NCBI RefSeq assembly: GCF_009914755.1
Contig: NC_060926.1
Source of the DNA: the human T2T-CHM13v2.0 reference genome, Homo sapiens
Reading direction: 5' to 3' (one strand)
Length of the DNA stretch: 64,000 nt
Shown here: positions 48,997-63,455 of the stretch, in pieces
Layout of the letters: each line of letters starts with the position of its first letter
Numbering within the stretch: the first letter of the stretch is position 1
Notes under the pieces: generated by a model
Database searches by the model: none
What the model was told of the DNA's origin: nothing
What the model saw: only the letters and a program-made list of their open reading frames with translations
Translations under genes and position numbers: made by a program

Positions 48997-51369
48997 GTCT
49001 GTATACTGTATCATGGATCTTTGCATCTATATTTTTTGACACTTCCATACGTCTTTGATTATTGCAACTTTTTTGTAAATCTTAAAATCAGATAGTGTGT
49101 GCTTACTCCAACTTTTATTTTTCTTTTTCAAAATGATTTTGTCTCTTCCAAGTCCTTTGCCTTTCTATGTAAATTATCAGATCAGCTTGTCAGTATCTAC
49201 AAAACTTCTGCTGGAATTTTTATTGGGATTGCATCAAGTGTATAGACAAATTTAAGGAGAATTTACATCTCTACTTATTGACTCTTATTTTAAGTAGGGT
49301 ATGTCTGTTATTTTTTGAGGTATACCTAGATTAATAAACATTCTGTAGTCTTGAGCAGATAGAAACTACAGATTTTGTTTGGTTTATATCTACATATTTA
49401 TTTTTGGGGAGGGGCTACTGTACTTGTTTTAAATTTCACTTTGTAACTGTTCATTGTTAGTATATACATTTTTAAGAATTGACCTTATAGTCTATGCTCT
49501 TACAAAATTTATTTATTAAGTATAATTGTTCTTATATATTTCTTTGGATTGGCTATGTCCAAAATCATGTCATCTGTGAATAGGGATTATTTTATCTCTT
49601 CTTTTCTAATCTGTGTACTTTTTAATGGCTTTGTTTTCGTTGCCTTATTGCACTGGCTAAGACTTCCAATATTGTGTTCAGTACTTGTGGTGAGACACCC
49701 TTCCCTTATTCTCAATTTTAGGAGTGAAGCATTAACTCTTTCACTATTAAATGTGATAGCAGCTGTAGATTTGTTAGAGATACTCCTTATCATGTTGAGG
49801 AAGATACTTTCTATTCCTGATCTGCTCAGAGTTTTAATCATGAATGGATGTTGAGTTTTGTCAACTGCTTTTTCTGAAATAATTGAGATAATCATGTAGT
49901 TTTTCTTCTTTAATGTAGTAATATAGTGGATTACATTGATTGGTTTTTGTATATTCAACCAGCCTTGCATTCCTCAGATAAACTTTTCTTGGTCATTGTC
50001 TGTTATCCTTTTTATATATTGCTAGATTTTATTTTGAAATATTTTCGCAAAGAGTTTTGCGTCTATGTTCATGTGGGATAATGGGCTACAGTTTTGTGGA
50101 GTCTAGAGAACATATATTTTTATTTATGTAAATATTGTACTTACTGAGTAAATTTTTCTAAAAACATGGAATCCTTGGCTAGAAGAAAGGCTTGGGAAAT
50201 TAATATTTAGCTATACAGATAGTGTGAGAGCACCAGAGGAATTTACCTAACTCTGGAGCTATGTGCTGACATTTCAAAGAAAAAGGAGGCCTGGAGACTT
50301 ATAGACATCTCTATGCTGTAAGATATGGAGATACTCAGGCTTATATGGCCACTGGAGAGATGCATTCACATGTTGTATGCACAATTGTTCTTTCCTTTTT
50401 ATTGCTGAGTAATGCTTCCTTGTTTAGATAAACCACAGTTTGTTTATCCTTTCAGCAGTGATGGACATGTAATTTATTTCCTGGCTGGGATTACATTGAA
50501 TAAATCTTTCTTCTTCAAAGTGAATTACTCTGCCTTTTGTTGAAATGTGACTCATCCTGTTTTATCTTTAGGCATGGTCATCCTGCAGCAATTTTTAGAG
50601 AAATTATCATTTTCATTCTAGAGTAGTTTCTCCCGCCCTGATGTGTTCATTAAATGAACGCCCTGATGGTGTACATTAAAATGTGACCATCTCTTCATTC
50701 TATTTCAAGGTCAAATTCGATGTCAAATTCTATTTCCTGGTGTTCTCTTTTTCTACTCTTGAAATGACAAAGGTCTCTTGACATTCTGTCATTCGTTTAA
50801 AATGCATGCCTCTTTGGGGGATCCTGGGGTAGAGGGGATGCTCTCAGATCACTTTGCCTGGATACCTTATGCAGCCGTGCTTAGACCGTGAGTGTCCATG
50901 CTGGATGCTCCTTGAGTTGCAGTCCATAGGTGCAGGATCTCCAAGCTCTCTTGGGTTACTCTTCTCTCCCCAGATATTTAAGTGGGAGTGGGATAGAGTG
51001 GAAGAGTTTATACTCTCTGAAATTAATGTCTGCACTCAATTACCCTTCACACAAGTTTCTAGCCTATATCAGAAGAAAAGCTCCACAGGTCTATTTACCT
51101 AGAATGTGATTAAGTTATAGGAAACAAACAAAGTTTTTCTGTATTGCATTTGGGCTGAAATTCTAAAATTTGAAAGCTAAGCATTTGCTTGATAACTGCC
51201 CAATATAGGGCCAATTCACAGCTCATGTCAAATGAGGGCAGATCCCAGAGTTAAATATGTGAAAATATGTAATACTCCACACATCCTTCTGCCACAATGA
51301 TAAACAACTGGTGATAATATGACCAGGATATATTGAGTAAAAATTCAAAATGTTTGTATACATATACAT

Positions 51370-51512
51370 TTATTTAATCCATATGTTAACCCTATGCAAT
51401 AGGTAATGTTTTCATTGCAGTTTTACAGATCAGGGAACATAATTTGTTAATGGTGGGGACTGGGTTCAAACATTGGCATCTGGTCCTAGAACCTGGGCTT
51501 TTAGCCATTTCC
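51370..51512 (-). mobile_element. MIR fragment
   Basis: TTTAATCC...AACCCTATGCAATAGGTA...TTTTACAGATCAGGGAAC...CTGGGTTCAAAC. Confidence 0.7.
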
Positions 51513-51954
51513 CATTAATCTGTACTTTCTCTATAGAGGCAGTCACATCTATGTACCAACACCTCCTTGTTGTTTTGACTCCATACTATCAACATCAAGA
51601 CATCCAGTGAATACATCAATTATGGGGGATGATTAGTTTCTCTTCTGTTCTTTCCAACCTCAGAAAGGATATTTTTTCTGTTACAAAAATACGATTCTTC
51701 TGTTTAATAATGTATGATGAATATCAGCAAGAGTTTAGGAAACAAAAAAGATGGGTTTTGGCATATTTGGGCATGTAAAGAAGATAAGAAAAGAGATATC
51801 ATCTTGAGACTAATAAAGTAAATGTCAGACTTGATCGGGTTAGATTTTCTGTGTCCAGGATTATTTACTAACAAAATATCAAACAAGCTCATAAAGAGAC
51901 TATGCATGTGTTTTTGCTTGTGAAAATGCAGAAATACCCTGATACCTTATGAAG

Positions 51955-51964
51955 GGAGAGAGAG

Positions 51965-52016
<52 letters not shown>

Positions 52017-52043
52017 TGAGAGAGACAGAGAGAGAGAGAGAGA
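51955..52043. repeat. Compound microsatellite (GA)n(GT)24(GA)n
   Basis: Perfect GT run 51968-52015 flanked by GA repeats. Confidence 0.97.
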
Positions 52044-52984
52044 TTAGAGTCTGGAAGAGAAAAATTGTTTTTGAGGAGATAAACATTTAAATATTTGACT
52101 CGAAATTTTTGTTGTTCATTATGTTTGCCTTTTTATTGTGAATTCTTTTGTCCTGACCTAAAAATGCCCACTTATTTAGAATTTAGAATTTGTACATTGC
52201 TGAGGGGCTCATACTAGGAAAGCAATTGAGAATCTATGATGTATGATTTTATTTATATCCAGGGCTTATTTTAAGACATAAAGGAGAGGAGGAAATGGCA
52301 AATGGCAATCAGATGTACAAAGGTCTACAGCAGTGTGTAAATAGTATGAGTGTGAGAGTTTGCAAAACAGGCAGAAAAACAGTTCCTAAACTTGCATAGA
52401 TCGAATTTCATTGACGTGTAAAAGTATACCTGCACAACAGTTAACTAATGAATCATAGTGCCAGCTTTATGTCAGTCATCTTGCCAATGTAAAAACATCA
52501 CTTATGTTTAATTTGTGTCATATTTGAAAAGCATGTTTTGTAAATGTAAAACTCAACAAATCTCAATACTTTTAACTAAAAATATTCCACCAGTCATTCT
52601 CTAATAATTGTTTGGTATCTCCATCATTTTACCATTCTTCCTTCATATAGTTCAGTAGAATTACTATCTCCTCAGCCAGGGGGAGTAAGGTGCATGAGCG
52701 GAGGTGGCCTTTAGAGTCCTTGTGGTCCAGGCTTAAACTCATCAGAATATTGTATCATCTCTGGTTGCACACTGGGCAAGTGGTCAGAGTCAAGAAGATT
52801 CAATGGGGCTAATGTTGGTAATTCTTGCTAAGACAATCTGAAATAACTCTTGAATTAGAGGAAATCTATTATATTAAGATAATTTAGAAACAATGATAAT
52901 TTACTATTATACATCAATACTTACGGGCTGTTGTCAAAGCTGCAGTCTGAATTAAGAGCACTGCAGAAGATAAACTGAGTAATT

Positions 52985-53300
52985 GAGATAGAGATGGTTG
53001 GGGTTCGGGCTGCTTTTATTAAGATAGTGAGAAAAGGTGTCTCCGAAGAAGGGATATTCGACTTGCAATCAAGTGGGGAGTAGGTAGTAATGTAAAGGTA
53101 TGATGGAGTAACGTCCCACACACGAGAGGTAACAAGGACAGAAGCCATGAGAGAAAAAAACACTTTCCATGGTGAGTGGCCAGCAAGTGTGTCAGTATTA
53201 CTGGAATACTGAGATTGAGGGAGTGAGGAAAGATGAGATCATCAGTGGGAGCTCCCCTGAAGGTGGGAGCTGGCCTGGAACTTACCACTAGGTTGTAGTG
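52985..53300 (-). mobile_element. L2 fragment
   Basis: GCTGCTTTTATTAAGATAGTGAGAAAAGGTGTCTCCGAAGAAGGGATATTCGAC...GAAAGATGAGATCA. Confidence 0.55.
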
Positions 53301-53306
53301 TCCTTC

Positions 53307-53784
53307 TGTTGAGCATAAACAATTTCACAGAGAACCAACATCAAACAAGGTCACTCTGTAACCATAAGCGAAGCTAGACAGAAACAAGACCATCCATAAT
53401 TCTGTCTGATCAAATATCATAAAAAGAATACTGTCCAGTTTACAAAAAAATGGCCCACATCCCTATTTCCTGGACAATATGCTGCTTCTCTGCTCATCAC
53501 AGCTTTGCGCTGCCTCGTTGCTCCTGCCTCGTTGATAAGATTCATTCAGCTACTCTATTGTAGAACCAACCCTGACTTGCTAATAGCATCTGACCTAGAA
53601 CAATGCCATGCTTCCTTAAAAAACTCTTCAAAATCCTGATGTAAGACAATATCCTATAATAAGTCCTTTCTAATACCTTATTGAGACGCTTCATAGCTTC
53701 TCATGGTATATTTTCCTATTTCAAAGAATCCATAAAACTAACTTTGTTCAAATACAGGCGGTTTTTGGCTAGACAGCATCAACA
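53307..53784 (+). mobile_element. MER110-like ERV1 solo LTR
   Basis: TGTTGAGCATAAACAATTTCACAGAG...ACAAGGTCACTCTGT...CCTATAATAAGTCC...CATCAACA; TG...CA ends. Confidence 0.6.
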
Positions 53785-53999
53785 GGATCCTGATTGAAAT
53801 AGGAGAGAGATTGAAAAGAAGTGAAAGGCAACCGCAATCTTCTTATGAAAGTGATGAGTATGCTTTGCTATTGTTTAGATAGCAAAAAGAAATTGATGAT
53901 AGATAAATATAGGTAGATAAATAAATTGGTAGATAATCTTTAAGAACATTACAGGTTCCCTTTCCTATATAGAAATATTTTTTACATCTATCTTGCATC

Positions 54000-54159
54000 A
54001 TTATTACCTGCTGAGCTAAACAAACAAAAAACTTGGATGCCTCCCTCTTCTATCTCCCAGAGATTCTGATACAATTGTCTGAGAAGGGTCCTAGACATTC
54101 TAGTTTTCAAAAGCTGCCCAGGTGAATTCTAACGTGCAGCTAAAACTCAGAGCCACTGC
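54000..54159. mobile_element. MER5A hAT-Charlie remnant
   Basis: CCCAGAGATTCTGAT...TTTCAAAAGCTGCCCAGGTGAATTCTAACGTGCAGC...GAGCCACTG. Confidence 0.75.
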
Positions 54160-54982
54160 TCCAGAGGCAGATGATGATGTATTTAAAGCTTAATTAGTCC
54201 CGTGCAAATTGTAATTTCCAAGCTTCTACAGTTTGGATAGCTAAGGGAGCAGTTATCAAGAGAAACAACAGTTTCCTATTTTGTCTATCAGGGGAGTAGA
54301 AACTAGAGCTCTGTGTGTAGTAAGTAGTGTAGTACTCTCTCTCCTGTGGGCAGAATGGCCTTGCAAACCACTGCTTAATTAGGAAAATGTTTTCTTTCAT
54401 CTGTGGGATGTCTGTACTTCTTTTGAGAATTATTATTTGTCCTTAGGAACTGTGTTAATGATCTAATAGTTAAAAGCCGGATGCTTAGTAGAAGAAACCC
54501 AATTCATATCTCCGATTCATACCTGTAGGAAGAACTCAAAAGTTTTCTTATCTATCCTCATGTGTGAATTATATGTTTCATGTTTGTTCTTTCGTTTCCC
54601 CTCACTCTCATGCAAGACGTGCACTTCTCTAGCTTTGTGTGAGGTTGTTGTGAAGGCAAATTACTCATCTACATATCACAAGTACTGCCACCTCTGGGCT
54701 ACATATTTAAAATAAGTTGATCAGCAACTTTGGTCTTCCTGCCTTTTTCTTCCAAAATAGGGAATGACTGTGTTCATTTTATTTCTCCACACCCACAGTA
54801 ATTTTGAAACACTTTTAGACTTTGGCGATGAGAAACATTGTTGGGAGTGAACTTATCGCACCTCTATTTTACTTGCACCCCACCCATTAACTTATTAGTA
54901 AACCTTCTAATTCATTGGCCATTAAATCTTTTGCTAAGTCCTTCTTTCATCCTATGCTCTTTTTGTTAAGTGGTTGGTTATT

Positions 54983-55282
<300 letters not shown>

Positions 55283-55766
55283 TTAAAAAAAAAAAAAATC
55301 AAGAAATACATGTATATGAAATCTGCGAACATTATCTTCTTTACATGTATTCAAAATATATTATTCTGTTTGCCGTTGCTTTTGAAATGTTTTCTCATGT
55401 TTGTGGTGGAGTTTTTTTGCCCATTGTTTTTATATAGTCACAACAAGTAATATGTTCTTTCATTGTGTCTGTCTTTGGGTCAGCCCTTTACTAAACTAAA
55501 GTTATACAAACGCTAACAAACGTGTTTTTGTGTATGTGATTATATTGTTACTTTTAATCTTAGAAAATTTTATGCTAACTTAGAATTAAGTTAAGTGAAC
55601 AATATAAAACTCAATTAGTCTGTGAATAATATTTATAACACATATAAAAAGGGGATAGATTGGAAATACATAACAATATATTTTATTTCAAAAATAAAAA
55701 GCAATGATAAATATCTCAAAAGAGCAAAGTGGGCTTAGAATATAAATAAGCAATTAGAAGAAAAAC

Positions 55767-55890
55767 ATTTATCCATTTAATTATTTATTCGTAAATATGT
55801 ATTAAATGTTCACTACCTGCCTTGCACTATTTTAGATTGTGAAATGCATAGTGGTATACACTCAGGTTCCCTGACTTAATAAAGCTTATT
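55767..55890 (-). mobile_element. L2 3' end
   Basis: CATTTATCCATTTAATTATTTATTCGTAAATATGTATTAAATGTTCACTACCTGCC. Confidence 0.6.
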
Positions 55891-57389
55891 AAAAGTCACT
55901 AACCTAGGTGTAAATCTTTAGGCATACCTAAATTCCATTATATCAAAATTATATCATCAATTGTGTGCCTATTTTTTTCAAATGGAATTTGGGAATTAAA
56001 AGGAACAGCCCATAAAATGGTTGCCACTCAGTGGGAGCATATTTTGGTAAAGACTTCTTGGCCTGCAATTTGGTAATGTTATTCAACATAGTTTAAAGTC
56101 ATTTGATTTTGAAAATGAATCACAGGAAATAAAATAAATTATATAACAACTATATAATACATTCATTAAATAACTTTCAGAAATATACCATGATATGTAT
56201 TCATATAGATAGAAAAAGCAATTTAGTATACAGTATGACCTTAACACACATACATACACAGTTTCAGAACTAGAAAATAGCTCTGGAAAACCACATTGCT
56301 GTAGGATTGTGACAAAAACCTATCTGGCATATGGCCTACCACTGGTGGAATTAGGGATTTGTTTCTTCATTAACTGTATAGTCTGTTGCTTTTTTTCTCA
56401 ATAAATGTGTAATAAATAGCCAAAGTTGGAAAATGTATTTTCTTCATTTTTAAATTTACTGTTTGTGTTTTGAAAAACTAATTATATCTATTAAGGTAGG
56501 CAGGGTCACTGCTCATTAACAATCTAGAACTATCTAGGCAGCAAATTTATTCCATATAAATCCTTGATTTTTTCTGATACTTCGTTTTTATGGGAGAGTG
56601 ATGATGACAAGGCTGAAATTAGTGAGTCATTCAGTAGTGTAACTTTGAATTATTAAACTAATGCATTAGTACTCACAGTGATTCTAAGCAGAGGTCTTTC
56701 AATGTCAAGAAAATCATATTGGATTCCTGTGGCATAATATTCAGAAATCTCTCAAATTATTTAATAATTTGTCTAACCTTGAATTCCAGAGTGATGGACA
56801 TAACTATTTAAGACTACACTTTTGAAATCTGAATATTATCAAAATTAAAGAGTAGTATGTGTGCAGCAATAGACATACATAAAAATGAACTGCTTCATTA
56901 TTTAAAAAACTAGAGATTAATTTGATTCTGTCATAATATTACATTTTGAAGTTGTGAACTATGAGATTATTTAAAATTATAGTTGTTATCTAATATCTGA
57001 TAGCTCAGTTTGCCTGTGCTGATTTAAAAAAAGAATGATATCTACATCAGAGAGAAAAAGAATTATCAAAGTTGATGAATGCCAGGCAGAAATCATGGGA
57101 TATGTTTGATATACTCTGCTTTATTTCTTTTTTTTTTTAACTTTTATTTTCACAGAGAATTGTTATCCCTTCTTCACGGCTCACCATTTCAGACATAGTC
57201 ATGTAATGACATGAAATGGGTTGGAATGTGTCCAATGGTGTGCTTGCCTTTAAGGAATGTTAGTAGGTTTGATGATGTTTTGAATGTATGTTTATTGAAG
57301 TGCTGAAAATCCATCAACTCATTGATATGTACTCACTGAACTCTACTATTCATCCACATTGATATATGGAAATCTACATTTTTGGACTT

Positions 57390-57872
57390 TGTAGAAGACC
57401 AGGATTGTGGGTTTACTCAAAAGGTATTCCCACTTTTAATTTCCTTTGTCCATCTCCCACAATATACAATATGGAAGAGTGAGATACTGACTTTCTCATT
57501 TCTTTTTCTTCTGTACCCAGGGGTGATAATATGACCCAGTTCTGGACAATGATATTTTCTGGGAGTTTCTAGAAAAATAATTTTTTCTGGTTATATACAG
57601 TCATCATCCATGCTTGGAAATAGCATGATGTGTGAGTTTGTGGAAAATATCTTGAAAAATTACGTGAAGGGAGACACATGAGGAATAAAGTCTATAAGGC
57701 TAAGGATGGCAGAGAGGCAAAATGGTGGAAACCTACACCCTTGAGAGCCCTACTGCACCATCAAACCGTGTACAGCATTGCCTAACCCCAGACATTTTTA
57801 TGCGATAAGAGTAAACTGTTTAAGCCACAATTCATTTTTATTACTTATATGTAAACACTGTCCTAATTGATG
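57390..57872 (+). mobile_element. MLT1J/K-like MaLR solo LTR
   Basis: ATATGACCCAGTTCTGGACAATGA...GCTAAGGATGGCAGAG...TGTTTAAGCCAC...CCTAATTGAT. Confidence 0.65.
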
Positions 57873-57883
57873 ACCTTCCTTAA

Positions 57884-58195
57884 CATTCATGTATTCAATA
57901 AATATTTGAGCATCTACTAGGAGCAAGGCAATTTGCTTGCTTCTATATGTGTTATGATTATTAATAGAACTTATTTCTAATTTTATGAATATTTAGACAA
58001 GTACATAGGAGTATTACAGAGGAGCAGGCAGCAAAAATTGATACCTGCAAGCTGATGAGCACCCAGCTAGGTAGAGAGGGAGAAGGGAACATTCCAGGCA
58101 GAGGAGAGTACATGTTTAGGGTGAAGGTCCTGAACAGAAAGGAACTCTGCAAATGTTCAGAAGTAGGAAAATAAAAAGCAGTGTTGCTATTATAA
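57884..58195 (-). mobile_element. L2 fragment
   Basis: CATTCATGTATTCAATAAATATTTGAGCATCTACTAGG...GGGAACATTCCAGGCAGAGGAGAG. Confidence 0.7.
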
Positions 58196-58260
58196 TCTAG
58201 TTTAAATGGCAAGACCACATTCGATAAGCACTAGGAAGCAACTCAAATCGATGTATTCTT

Positions 58261-58528
58261 TTTTTTTTTTTTTTGAGACAGAGTCTCGCTGTGTTGCCCA
58301 GGCTGGAGTGCAGTGGCGCCATCTCCGCTCACCGCCTCCTGGGTTCATGCCATTCTCCGGCCTCAGCCTCCGAAGTAGCTGGGACTACCAGCGCCCGCCA
58401 CCACGCCAGGCTAATTTTTTTGTATTTTTTAGTGGAGACAGGGTTTCACCGTGTTAGCCAGGATGGTCTCGATCTGCCGACCTCGTGATCCGCCTGCCCC
58501 GGCCTCCCAAAGTGCTGGGATTACAGGC
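58261..58528 (-). mobile_element. AluY, 5'-truncated, with ~10-bp internal deletion
   Basis: Reverse Alu ending GGGATTACAGGC; perfect 16-bp TSD AAATCGATGTATTCTT. Confidence 0.94.
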
Positions 58529-58929
58529 AAATCGATGTATTCTTAACATGAATAACATAGAGAACTAGAAGAGAACTTGTGTTCTAAGTCATATTTTAGA
58601 TGGAAATAAACTCATATTTACCTTCCAGTTTTAATAAGAATCTCTCGAGTAAAGAAAGGAAAAAAAAAACTTATAAAAGCAGTGCTAATAGAAGAGGTAA
58701 TATAAGTAGACAACAGAATAATATAATAAAGATTATATAGGTCTATGCATCTAATGCTGATTTATATTAAACTTGTCTTTAACATAAATTTAAAATTTGT
58801 TTAAAATTTTTTTAAATTTTTACTATCCTTATGAGTTTTATAATTTTCTCGTGAAACTTCATTCCAATAGATTGGAGACTTGAAGAGATGAGTTTAACCT
58901 GCCAGTGAATACTATCTTGAATGTAACAC

Positions 58930-60130
58930 AAACACAGAAGAGTACACTGATCGTAAGTATATAACTCAAAATTATCACAAAGTGAATATATTCATGTAAT
59001 CACCACCCAGGTAAAATAATAGTAATAATAATTACAATACCCTAGAAATAGCTCTTGCGCTGTCCTTCAGTAACAAACCCTAACTCCATTCCAGACTTCC
59101 CCTGATTTCAAACTTGAAGAAAATCACACAATATGATTTTTTTATTAGGTTGTAATTTTTTCCTCATCATGTTTTATGTAGTAAAAGTTTATTCATTTTT
59201 CTTGCTGTGTAGTAGCCTAGAGATTGATATATAACAATTTATTTATCTATCCTACTGTTGACAGGCATTTCAATTGTTTCCAGTAATGGATTTTTACAGT
59301 TTTCAGTAATCAGCTGTCATAAACAATGCTACTATTCATATTACTGTAAATATGTTTTTGTGCATGGATGCATGCATATCTTTTGGGTCATTGTACTAGG
59401 ATTGTTGGGTTTAGGGACTGAATATCTTCAACTTAGTATAAACTACCAAACAAGTTTCCAAAATGCTTTTAAAATTTATCCTCCTACCAGGAGGATTTGA
59501 GATTTCTAGTTAGCCCATATCTTTGTTAACATTAGTATTGCTAAATCTTTTTCATTTTATCTACCCCGAGCTGCACTTAGTGATATCTTAGTATAATTTT
59601 AATTTGCATTTCTTTAAAGACTAATGAAGTTGAACATCTTTTCATTTGACTTCTCTATTTGGATATATTCTTGTGTGAGGCTCCTGTTAAAATATTTTAC
59701 CCATCTTTCTATGGTGGTGTCATTTTCTTAAAAATTGGTGGCTTTTTGTTTTTTTGTCTTTCGAATAAGCCAATTTTTGATTATACATATTACAAATGTT
59801 TTCTTTCATCCCGTGGCATGTGTTTTCATTGTCTTCAATGGTGCTTTTGGAGAGCACCATTTCCAGTTTCAGGGGAATGTACCTTATAATCTTTTCTTTA
59901 AGGTTAGTGTGATTATGTACAAGCTTAAAAGTTGTTATTTAAAAAGATTTTGCTTATGTTAAATATAGAAAGGTATCCTCCCATTTTATCTTCTATAAAC
60001 TTTATTTTTACTCTTCATATTTAAATGTATGTCCTATTTGGAATTCATTTTGGGGTATAGTTGAGGTAGGGTTCAAAATTATTTTCCCATATGACGATCC
60101 AAGCCACCCAGAACCATTTATTGAATTTTA
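58930..60130 (-). mobile_element. Ancient L1ME-type 3' region
   Basis: TCACAAAGTGAAT...GTAATCACCACCCAGGT...TTTTAATTTGCATTTCTT...GAAGTTGAACATCTTTTCAT. Confidence 0.65.
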
Positions 60131-60169
60131 CCACCCAATGTAAGTTGAAAAACAACCCAATATATGTTG

Positions 60170-60843
60170 TTACTATGACACCTTCATCATAAATTCTGTG
60201 AAATATTTCTGAGGGTTCCATTAATGTGAATTTTTGTTGTCAATATTACTTCTTGGGGATGTCTTCATTCCTTTCATCATGACCACTTTCCTCACTCTAT
60301 TCATAAGTTGGCATTCACTAAGGTGCTGTGGCTGAATATCTAGACTCAAACAGAAGCAGTGCCCACATTCCCACAGTTGGTCATTTCTTCTATAACTCCA
60401 TTTACTGTCTGTTCAAATTTTACTTCCAGTCTTATCACTTCTTATTTCTTTGCTGTACCTTCATCTTTGTGGGCCAATTCTTTCCTTCAGTTATCTATTT
60501 TTATAAAATGTCACATAGGTTTATCACTGGAGGACAAGGAGATGATGCAACTGCACACTGCTTTGTGTGCATAAACTGAAAATTAGATACGCAGCAACCA
60601 ATTGTCAACAGGCCTTCAAAGAAGCGATGTGTTTTGCACGGATTATGATGTGCAGCTATTTAAGCAGTGATTTGTGGACTAAACAGCTATAGTAGCAAAG
60701 TCTGTACTTTATGTAATTACTCACAGTTAATACATTATGGTAAATGAAATTTGAACTGTCATGTTGGGAGAATGGCGTTATTTAACTAAACTGTAGTAAC
60801 TGAAGTTTGTGCATATTAAAGCAATGCAAAATAAGGATTGCAT
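60170..60843. mobile_element. Tigger13a-like TcMar DNA transposon
   Basis: TACTCACAGTTAATA...GAAATTTGAACTGTCATGTTGGGAG...GTTATTTAACTAAACTG...GCAAAATAAGGATTGC. Confidence 0.6.
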
Positions 60844-60981
60844 CAATGTTTTATGGCCATGTTGTTAGATAAATTCACATTTACTAAAAGAAAAACTTCC
60901 TGGAAGATTGACCTTTTCATCATCAAAAAAGGTAATCTTCATTAATGCTTTATTTTGTAATGTCTACTTTAGATAAAATAA

Positions 60982-61393
<412 letters not shown>

Positions 61394-62129
61394 TGATATG
61401 ACAACCTTTGTTTCTTATTTGAGATATTGACTTTGTTTTTATGTACTATGATTACTGAACTATTCTAGTTTATACATTCTCACCCATTCTATGTTTATTT
61501 TGCTTTATTTTACTTTTATTGTTTAAGAATTTTTAACATTAAACATTCTGTTTTCCTTTTACTGATTAGTTATGTTCTTTTAGTAGTTTTATCGGAGATT
61601 ATATAATGAATCTGTGTCTTTTCAAAGTCCAATATAAATTAGGATGTCATTTCACAAACAATTAAAGGGCCCTTAATTCCATTAACACCAATTACTCAAA
61701 TCTTGACTTTTGTGCTATTTTTTTGCTGAGTGTTTTTATACCCTGTATGTTTAAACCCACAAGGCATTAGTATAACTGTTTTTGTATAGTGTGTATCCAC
61801 TTATAATTACTCTATATATTCAAACTTTTTATTACCCTTTCTTTTCTTTCATCTTTTAAAAATCACAACAGATTCATATGAGGTCATTTTCCTTTAGCCT
61901 GAAGGACTTTCTCATTATGACCTTTAATACTGTCTTCTGATTTCTTTCAGCTTTGGTTTTGGTACAATGCCTTAATTTCATTTTTGTTTTAAATCTATTC
62001 ATGATAGGATAGATTGTGATAGTTATCAGCCATTTAAAAACTCAATATAATTGCTAAAATAACAATTTTCAGTAGATGGCTGGAATAATTGTTGAAGAGC
62101 TTTTTCAGAATGTATGGCAATAAACTGAT

Positions 62130-62665
62130 AGAGATCCAGCAATTCTGCTTCTAGGTTTTTACCCAAAAGAATTGAAATCAGGGAATTAATCTGCATTTGC
62201 ATAACCATGTTCATAGTAGTGTTACTCATAATAGCCAAAAATGGAAGCAAATCAAGTGTCTGTGGATAGATGAATAGATAAACAAAATGTAGTGTCTATA
62301 TACAATGCAATAGTGTTCAGCCTTAAAAAGGAAGGACATTCTGACACACACTTAATGTGCATGACCTGTGAAAGCATTATGGTAAGTGAAATAAGCTATC
62401 ACAAAAGTACAACTATTTTATGATTTCACTTATATGAGATACTTGAGTAGTCAAAATCATAAAAACAGAAAGTAGAATGGTAGTTGTCAGGGCCTGGCAG
62501 GATAGGGGGAATAGGGCATTACTGTTTAGTGGATATAAAGTTTCATTTTGGAAAGATTAAACAGTTCTGGAGATGGGTGATGGTAATTACAGTACAAAAT
62601 GTAAATGTACTTAATGTAAAGTGGTAAATTTTGTTATGTATATTTTGCCACACTTGAAAAAAAAT
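62130..62665 (+). mobile_element. L1MB (L1MB3-like) 3' end
   Basis: GATCCAGCAATTC...CAGCCTTAAAAAGGAAGGACATTCTGACAC...AGAAAGTAGAATGGTAGTTG...GTTCTGGAGATGG...(A)n. Confidence 0.85.
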
Positions 62666-62669
62666 TGTG

Positions 62670-62950
62670 AGCTGGCCACAGTGGCTCATGCCTGTAATCC
62701 CAGCACTTTGAGAGGCCAAGGCAGATGGATTGCTTGAGCTCAGGACTTCAAGACCAGCCTGGGCAACATGGCAAGGCTCTGTCTCTATAAAAAATATAAA
62801 ACTTAGCTGGGCATCGTGATGCATGCCTGTAGCCCTAACGACAGGGGAGACTGAGGTGGGAGGATCGCTTGGGCCGTAGTGAGCTGTGATGGCACCACTA
62901 CACTCTAGCCTGGGTGACAGAGCAAGACTTGTCTAAAAAAAAAAAAAAAG
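62670..62950 (+). mobile_element. AluJ with right-arm deletion
   Basis: GGATTGCTTGAGCTCAGG...CCTGGGCAACATGG...GGAGGATCGCTTG; poly-A tail. Confidence 0.9.
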
Positions 62951-63455
62951 GGAAAAGAAAATGGTGATACATACTAGTAGGAAAACCGTTAAGACAGAAA
63001 TACTCAAATAAATTTATTTTTGAAAATAAATTTTAGAAGAAAATTACATGAATGGAAGAAAATAATTGAAGAAATAAGAAATAAAATTTTCCAGAACTGA
63101 GGAAAGACTACTTGCTAATAATAATGAATTTAAAGAAACACGTCCAAATGTGTCATGAAAAATTTACAAAGAAACAGGATCAGGTTGACATTGGACAGGG
63201 ATTCTGAAACCTAGAATTCGATGAAGCAAAGACTTCCTATTTTTGAAAGTGTTGCACCTAGAAATTTGTTTTTGTTTTTAGTACTTTTGTTTTTAAATGT
63301 GCAATAAATTCACTCATTCTCTTTGTAAACATTTGAATGGTATTTACAAAATCTCGACATGCTTCTGTTAACATGCTAAAATATATTGTGCATACCAGAA
63401 AGGTATGATATGGTTTCTGCCTTCAAGAACTTACAGCCAAATTTGAAAGACTAGA

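Larger units (their letters stand above)
47430..50095 (-). mobile_element. Ancient L1M (L1MC/MD-like) ORF2-3' UTR, interrupted by THE1D
   Basis: ORF 49587-49970 MQGWLNIQKPINVIHYI...KNYMIISIISEKAVDKTQHPFMIKTL is an L1 ORF2 RT remnant; 3' UTR GTGGAATCATACAGTGT...GACTGGCTTCTT. Confidence 0.85.
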
